DNA of 64,000 nucleotides from Podospora anserina (Eukaryota): NCBI GenBank assembly GCA_017654855.1, contig CM030338.1, positions 1,612,001 to 1,676,000 of the forward strand, read 5' to 3'. Shown piece by piece: positions 59,026 to 64,000 of this stretch (position 1 is its first letter; each line of letters starts with the position of its first letter). The notes under the pieces were generated by a model. It saw only the letters and a program-made list of their open reading frames with translations, ran no database searches and was not told where the DNA came from. The position numbers and the translations under genes were made by a program.

Positions 59026-61006
59026 CTCGCTGGGGTGTTTTGTTGTTTGCTCCTCCTCCCTTTTTGGAGGGGGGCAGGGGATGGTGATGATGATTATGAT
59101 GATGAGAGGACACCGCTCAGAAAGGGCGGAGAGAAGAGTGGCGGGTGGCATTTGAAATGCTAACGCCACGGTGACAATAACAACCACAAGCAACAGAGCT
59201 GAACTGGTCAACCATACAGACAAGTTCAGATGCTTTTTTTCCAGCAAAGAGCGAACAGATACCCCATCATCTTGTTTTTTTAATCTCCTATTTCACTTTT
59301 CTTTCCGAGAAAACACCCACATGACGGAACAACAGCAACAATCACGAAGGGACGAACTGGACAAAAGCAAACGGGAAAAGTTCGGGGCCACGGAACACAG
59401 AGGGACCAAAACGGACTGCGAGTACGGAAAAACGAGTCTCCTCCGGGTTGGATGTTTTTTTTTCTTGCTCTTTTTGGGTGTAACTGGTGTCGCTTGAACT
59501 AGATCTCTTTTATGAGACTTTTGGTATCACGGTTCGGTTGGCGAGGGCGACGACGGAGTTAAGAGTGAGCATGTCAAGCTTGTGCGTTTCGTTCTGCTTT
59601 TTGCTTTTATGGTCTTACCGATACGGAGAGAAAGACTGGGAAACAAGTTCTGTGTGCATTTTGCATCTTAGCGAGCTTTCTAAGAGAGAAGAGAGGGAGA
59701 TACCAAATCAACATCGATCAAAAGTGTTCTACTCATTCATGAGGCCTGTTCCGGTTTGACCAGTGGTTTAAATGTCAATGATCAGAGAATGGGGGTGTAG
59801 TATGATTTGGCATGAGAAAATGACCTGAGGTGCTTGAGCGAGCGAGTGAGTGAGTGAGCGTGCTGCTCAGCTAATTCAGCATGAGTATGTTAAGTGAGAG
59901 CGTGAGCAAGAAAGCTCACCTCGCCATAAAAAGATAAAACGTCACTATGCGGGACATCTCTCTCAACCCCATCACCAGATCCAGTATCCCGGCCTATCCT
60001 TCACAACCTCTCAATTTCGGCAACCTCGACCGCAAAAACGCATGTCTAAAACAACCCTCACAACCTTCCTATGTCTCAAAGTGAGGTGGCGTGCTACATA
60101 CCTCCAGAAAAATAAACAATACCTCTGACTCAACCCACAATCGGGAAACCTCCCATTCGTGATTCATACCTTTCCCTCCTCATGCATACTGTGCAGCAAG
60201 CCACCACCCCCAAAAAAGCAACAACAACACACCTACCTACATATACATACATACACACTAGAAATTTCCATACCGTGACAATCACCCCAAAAAGACAAAA
60301 CCAACCCCCATCCTCTTTCGGACCCCTTCCACCCCTCCTAACTGGCCACAATCCCCCCCTTTCCCTTTCACCGGTTTCACCACAGTGCGCGCGCCGCGAT
60401 CTTTCCTTTCTTCTTTTCCCGGTGTGATAGAGAGCACATACGTAAGACTACACTAGTACACATGTAGGTTGCCGATCTCCCTCTTCTAGTCGCTTCCCAT
60501 ATGCAAATGCACCTCCAACTAACAACAACAAACCAGGTTTTGTACACGACAAACCCAAAACAAGCATCATCCTTGTTCACTTTGGGAATCACACATCCGA
60601 CTGAGGAAGGGAATAAGAAAATCTAGGAATGTTTGCTCCTGGTTTTGTCTTTCATTCTCTTGGCTGCTTGGAAGAGGTTGGAGATTGAGCAGAAGGTGGG
60701 GTGGGGGTTATACACATCACTCTAGATAAGGCAAGGCTGTAAATCACAAGCGCGGCTGACGAGCACTGTCAATGAAAGCAAACCCAAAACACCTGCTTTT
60801 CATTTTTATAAACCTTCCTGGATATCAAGACCAGAAACCAACAGTGAGTAACTACTGTAGAGACAATTACATTTTAACAAAAAGAAAGAAAAAACCATGA
60901 TTTGGCCATGCCGGTATCAACTCCGCCTCCCCCCTCCTCCCGTGAATAATGCTTCCTTCCCCTTCCCCCTCCTTATCAATATCTCAAATTTACACACCCC
61001 TACTCT

Positions 61007-64000
61007 CTACTCATCATCATCGCTCTCCTCCTCCTCCTCCTCAACAACCTTCCCCTTCTTCTCAGCCGCCTTCTTAGCCCACTCCTGCGCCTTGGCGCTA
61101 ACCCTCTCCCTGCTCTTCTTATCCCCATTCTTATCCTCCCACTGCGCCCACCTCTTGAACCAAGTCTTGGCCTGCTTGGGCTTAAGACCCTTAACCTTGC
61201 TGCCGCGATCAAACAAATCACGGACAGTGGCGGGATCACTAGTGCCGACCGAGGTCTCAAGGTCGACAAACTGGTTCCACAAGTCGAATCTCTTGGGGAA
61301 GGCGGCGAGAATGGTCTCAAACAGTGAGCGACCCTGTTCGCGGTCACCGTTGGAAGAGCGGAACTCGAGCGCGGCAAACTTGGGCATCAACTCCAGAATG
61401 ACGGGCTTCCCGCCTCCCAGCGACTTTTCGGCGCGGGGAAGAAGGGCACGGGCCTTGTCGGGACGGTCATACTTGGTGTGGAGGAAATGGGCATAGTTGA
61501 TCCAGACGCTGGGGGACTTGGAGCCGAACTTTTTGATGATCTTCTCAAAGAGGTCATCTGCTTCCTATTGCTGGGAGTTAGTGACTGGTCTATCATAAAA
61601 ATAAATTAGGGAGTGGCTTACCTTGAGCTTGCCAGACTGAATGTAACTGCTGGCCAGACGCTCATAGACTTCTTGCTCATCGTTGTAGGTGCAGGCACGC
61701 TTGAAAAGCTCCTCAACAGTCTCTTCTGTGCCATAGGCAACCTCGAGATTGAGGTAAGCAATCCAGACGTTCAGCTTCTCAAGCTCCTCCTTGATGTTGA
61801 TCGTCTTGATCGCACGCTCAGCCACCTGTCTCGCGCTGGCAAGATCGCTGACTTGCATCTGGAAAGCCATGTAGGCAATCCACAGCTCTGACGAATCAGG
61901 CTGACCCAGAAGGAGACGCTCGTAATCACTCGTCGTCTGAGGCCCGTTGACATCAAGCTCGGCTGTCCGGTCGACCTGGGCCCGAGACTCACGCTGCTGC
62001 TGCTGCTTCTTTTTCTTGATCGGCTCATCAGTGCTGCCAGCGGCCTTGTCATCTTCATCCAAAGCATCGGCATTCCAGCTGAAGCCGCCGGTCTCGAGAC
62101 CCTTGACGCCTTCTGTTTGGGCATCATCCATCTCGACGTTGCTGTCAGCGTCATCATCATCATCCTCATCGTCAGAGTCAGCATTGATAACGAGGGCGCC
62201 GCCAGCACCAGCATCGCTCATGTCTTCATCCTCGCTGTCCAAGGCGGCACCAGCATCTTCATCGCTATCCACGTCCATCTCATCGTCGTCCTTAAAGTAC
62301 GACGGCTTCAGGCCGAGGTTGATGCGCTTTGTCTTCTCCTCCACCTTGAGAACACGAGCCTTGACCTTGTCACCCTCACTGTAGAGCGCCTTGGCGTCCT
62401 TGATCGCTCTGTCGGCCATTTCAGAGCGGTGGCACAAACCGGAGAGACGATCAGAACCATCAATGTCGATAAAAGCACCAAAGTCCTCCACCTTGCGGAC
62501 CTTGCCCGTCACGATTTGACCTTCCTTCAGGTCCGAGAATGTGATTGGGGGCACATAGTCTTTGCTCAGGATGGAAGGCCTCAAGCTCATCTCCAGGCGA
62601 CCGTTGCTTGCAGAAATGATACGGCCCTTGACAAGCTGGTCAATCTGGAAGTGCTCCTTCCAGTCCTTCAGGTAAGAGTCTGATAAGTTCTTGATCTGGA
62701 CCATAGCCACAATGTCACCACCAAGCGTAACAAAGAGACCCTTGTCAGACACATTCTTGACGAACCCACGAAGGACATCGCCCACAGCGATCTTGGTGTC
62801 CTTAGTGATCTCCTTGTCTGTAACCTCGAGTCTTGAGCTGAGCACGCGAGAGGGGCGCATCGACAATCTCAGTCTCTTGTTGCTCTTGTCGATATCGAGC
62901 ACGGCGACACGGACAATTTCGTGCTTGGAATGCTTCAGAGGGTTGGCTTCCTCGTAATCATCCGCAAGATCGCACAAGAAAACAGGTCCAGCCACAGACT
63001 CGCTGAGCTTAACAAACACGACGTTGTCGGTAGTCTTGGTGACCTTTCCAGGAAGCACCATGCCCTTCTGGATCTTGTCCCAGGTCAACGGGTTCTCTGC
63101 ATTGGGATCGCGAGCCGAGAGGTCGAGACGGTTCCTCTCTGCGTCCACGTGGATGACACGGACTTGGAGGACAGAGCCGATAGGGAAACTCTTCGCCACA
63201 TCCTGCAATTTTGACAAGTCATCGGAAAGCTCAACGGCGCTGATTCTGCCGCGAACATTAGGTGACAGGTTGACCCAGATGTGATTCTGAGCGACATTGT
63301 TGACAAACGCCAGATGAGTTTGCCCCACCTCAAGCTTCGCGTAGCTCAGAGGCTCTGGGGTAGAGCCTTCTTGAAGATCACTTGGCTTGGCCGAGAGCTC
63401 CAGGACCGTGTGGCTTGAGCGGTGAGAAATGGGCAAGAAACGGTGGTTGCGAGCGTCATGAATACCAAGAACACGCACGTCGATGATATCGCCAGTCTTG
63501 AACTTGCCCAAAGGCTTCTTCACGCTGCGAATGTCCTCGAACTTGTCAAAGACCTGCGAAACATCGATACGGCCTTGGATGTTGTCGGCAAGGTCAACAT
63601 TGATCTGTGTATCCTTGGCAGACTTTACCCTCGCCTTAGTGATCTTGCCAATCGGGAGATCTTCCATAGTCAAGACCGACAGATCCAGGGCATTCATAGC
63701 CTTGTCGGCCGACTTGCTAGAGGCCTTTGCCTGAACGTCTTCACCACCCTCCGATGGGATAGCAACAACGATACGGTTAAGATCCTTGTCGACCGATGTG
63801 ATCTTGACAGTGACAGACTGCAGCTTTTGGAAGCCAAAGCTTGGCTTATCCTGGATATCGCGTGGCAGCTTGGTCTTGGGGAGCAGCGCTGTCAGCCTGC
63901 CAGCAAACTGGACGAAGGCGGCCGTGGCAGTGATGTTGCGAATGAAGCCAGGTACAACGTCACCCACACGTGCCCGGTCAATTGTGTGAAGAAGCTTGCC
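61007..64000 (-). CDS. RRP5: rRNA biogenesis protein RRP5 (3' part; S1 repeats + HAT/TPR repeats); intron 61565-61621; 5' end outside the window
   Basis: Multiple S1 repeats (GQIVTGKVRKVEDFGAFIDI, LSGLCHRSEMAD), DYERLLLGQPDSSELWIAYMAFQ, EKLNVWIAYLNLE, FPKRFDLWNQFVDLE. Spliced frame is continuous to the stop at 61007. Confidence 0.95.

Noticed and set aside
61387..61596. Apparent frameshift near the RRP5 C-terminus suggested by the ORF track
   Set aside because: Splicing intron 61565-61621 gives a continuous frame (EADDLFEK...ILELMPKFAALEF) to the stop.

Overview
Eukaryotic DNA from a filamentous ascomycete (Sordariales-like, Podospora-type): short GT..AG introns with CTRAC branch points, HET-domain genes and a velvet gene. 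Conserved housekeeping genes lie at both ends. On the left are a YcaC-type isochorismatase, a SET-domain protein, NAD-specific glutamate dehydrogenase and kynureninase; on the right are a VelC-type velvet protein and the 3' part of RRP5. Between them is a ~31 kb accessory-looking block (17.1-48.1 kb). It holds a HET gene, a truncated ApsA/Num1-like coiled-coil gene, a disrupted sacsin-like HATPase/DUF3883-like/HET fusion, five paralogous M-C-x8-CGC micro-genes, a dehydrogenase with one nonsense codon, a head-to-head pair of large unknown genes, an F-box-like pseudogene and a DUF6594 gene. The two most striking signals are (i) the micro-gene cluster, where four of five copies carry a 3' CNGG-loop hairpin matching the Smaug/Vts1 recognition element, and (ii) the divergent pair of a Hint-domain protein and a 7-exon ~1372-aa protein with a toxin-like hydrophobic helical block. 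All family assignments are from motif recognition by eye; no database search was run.
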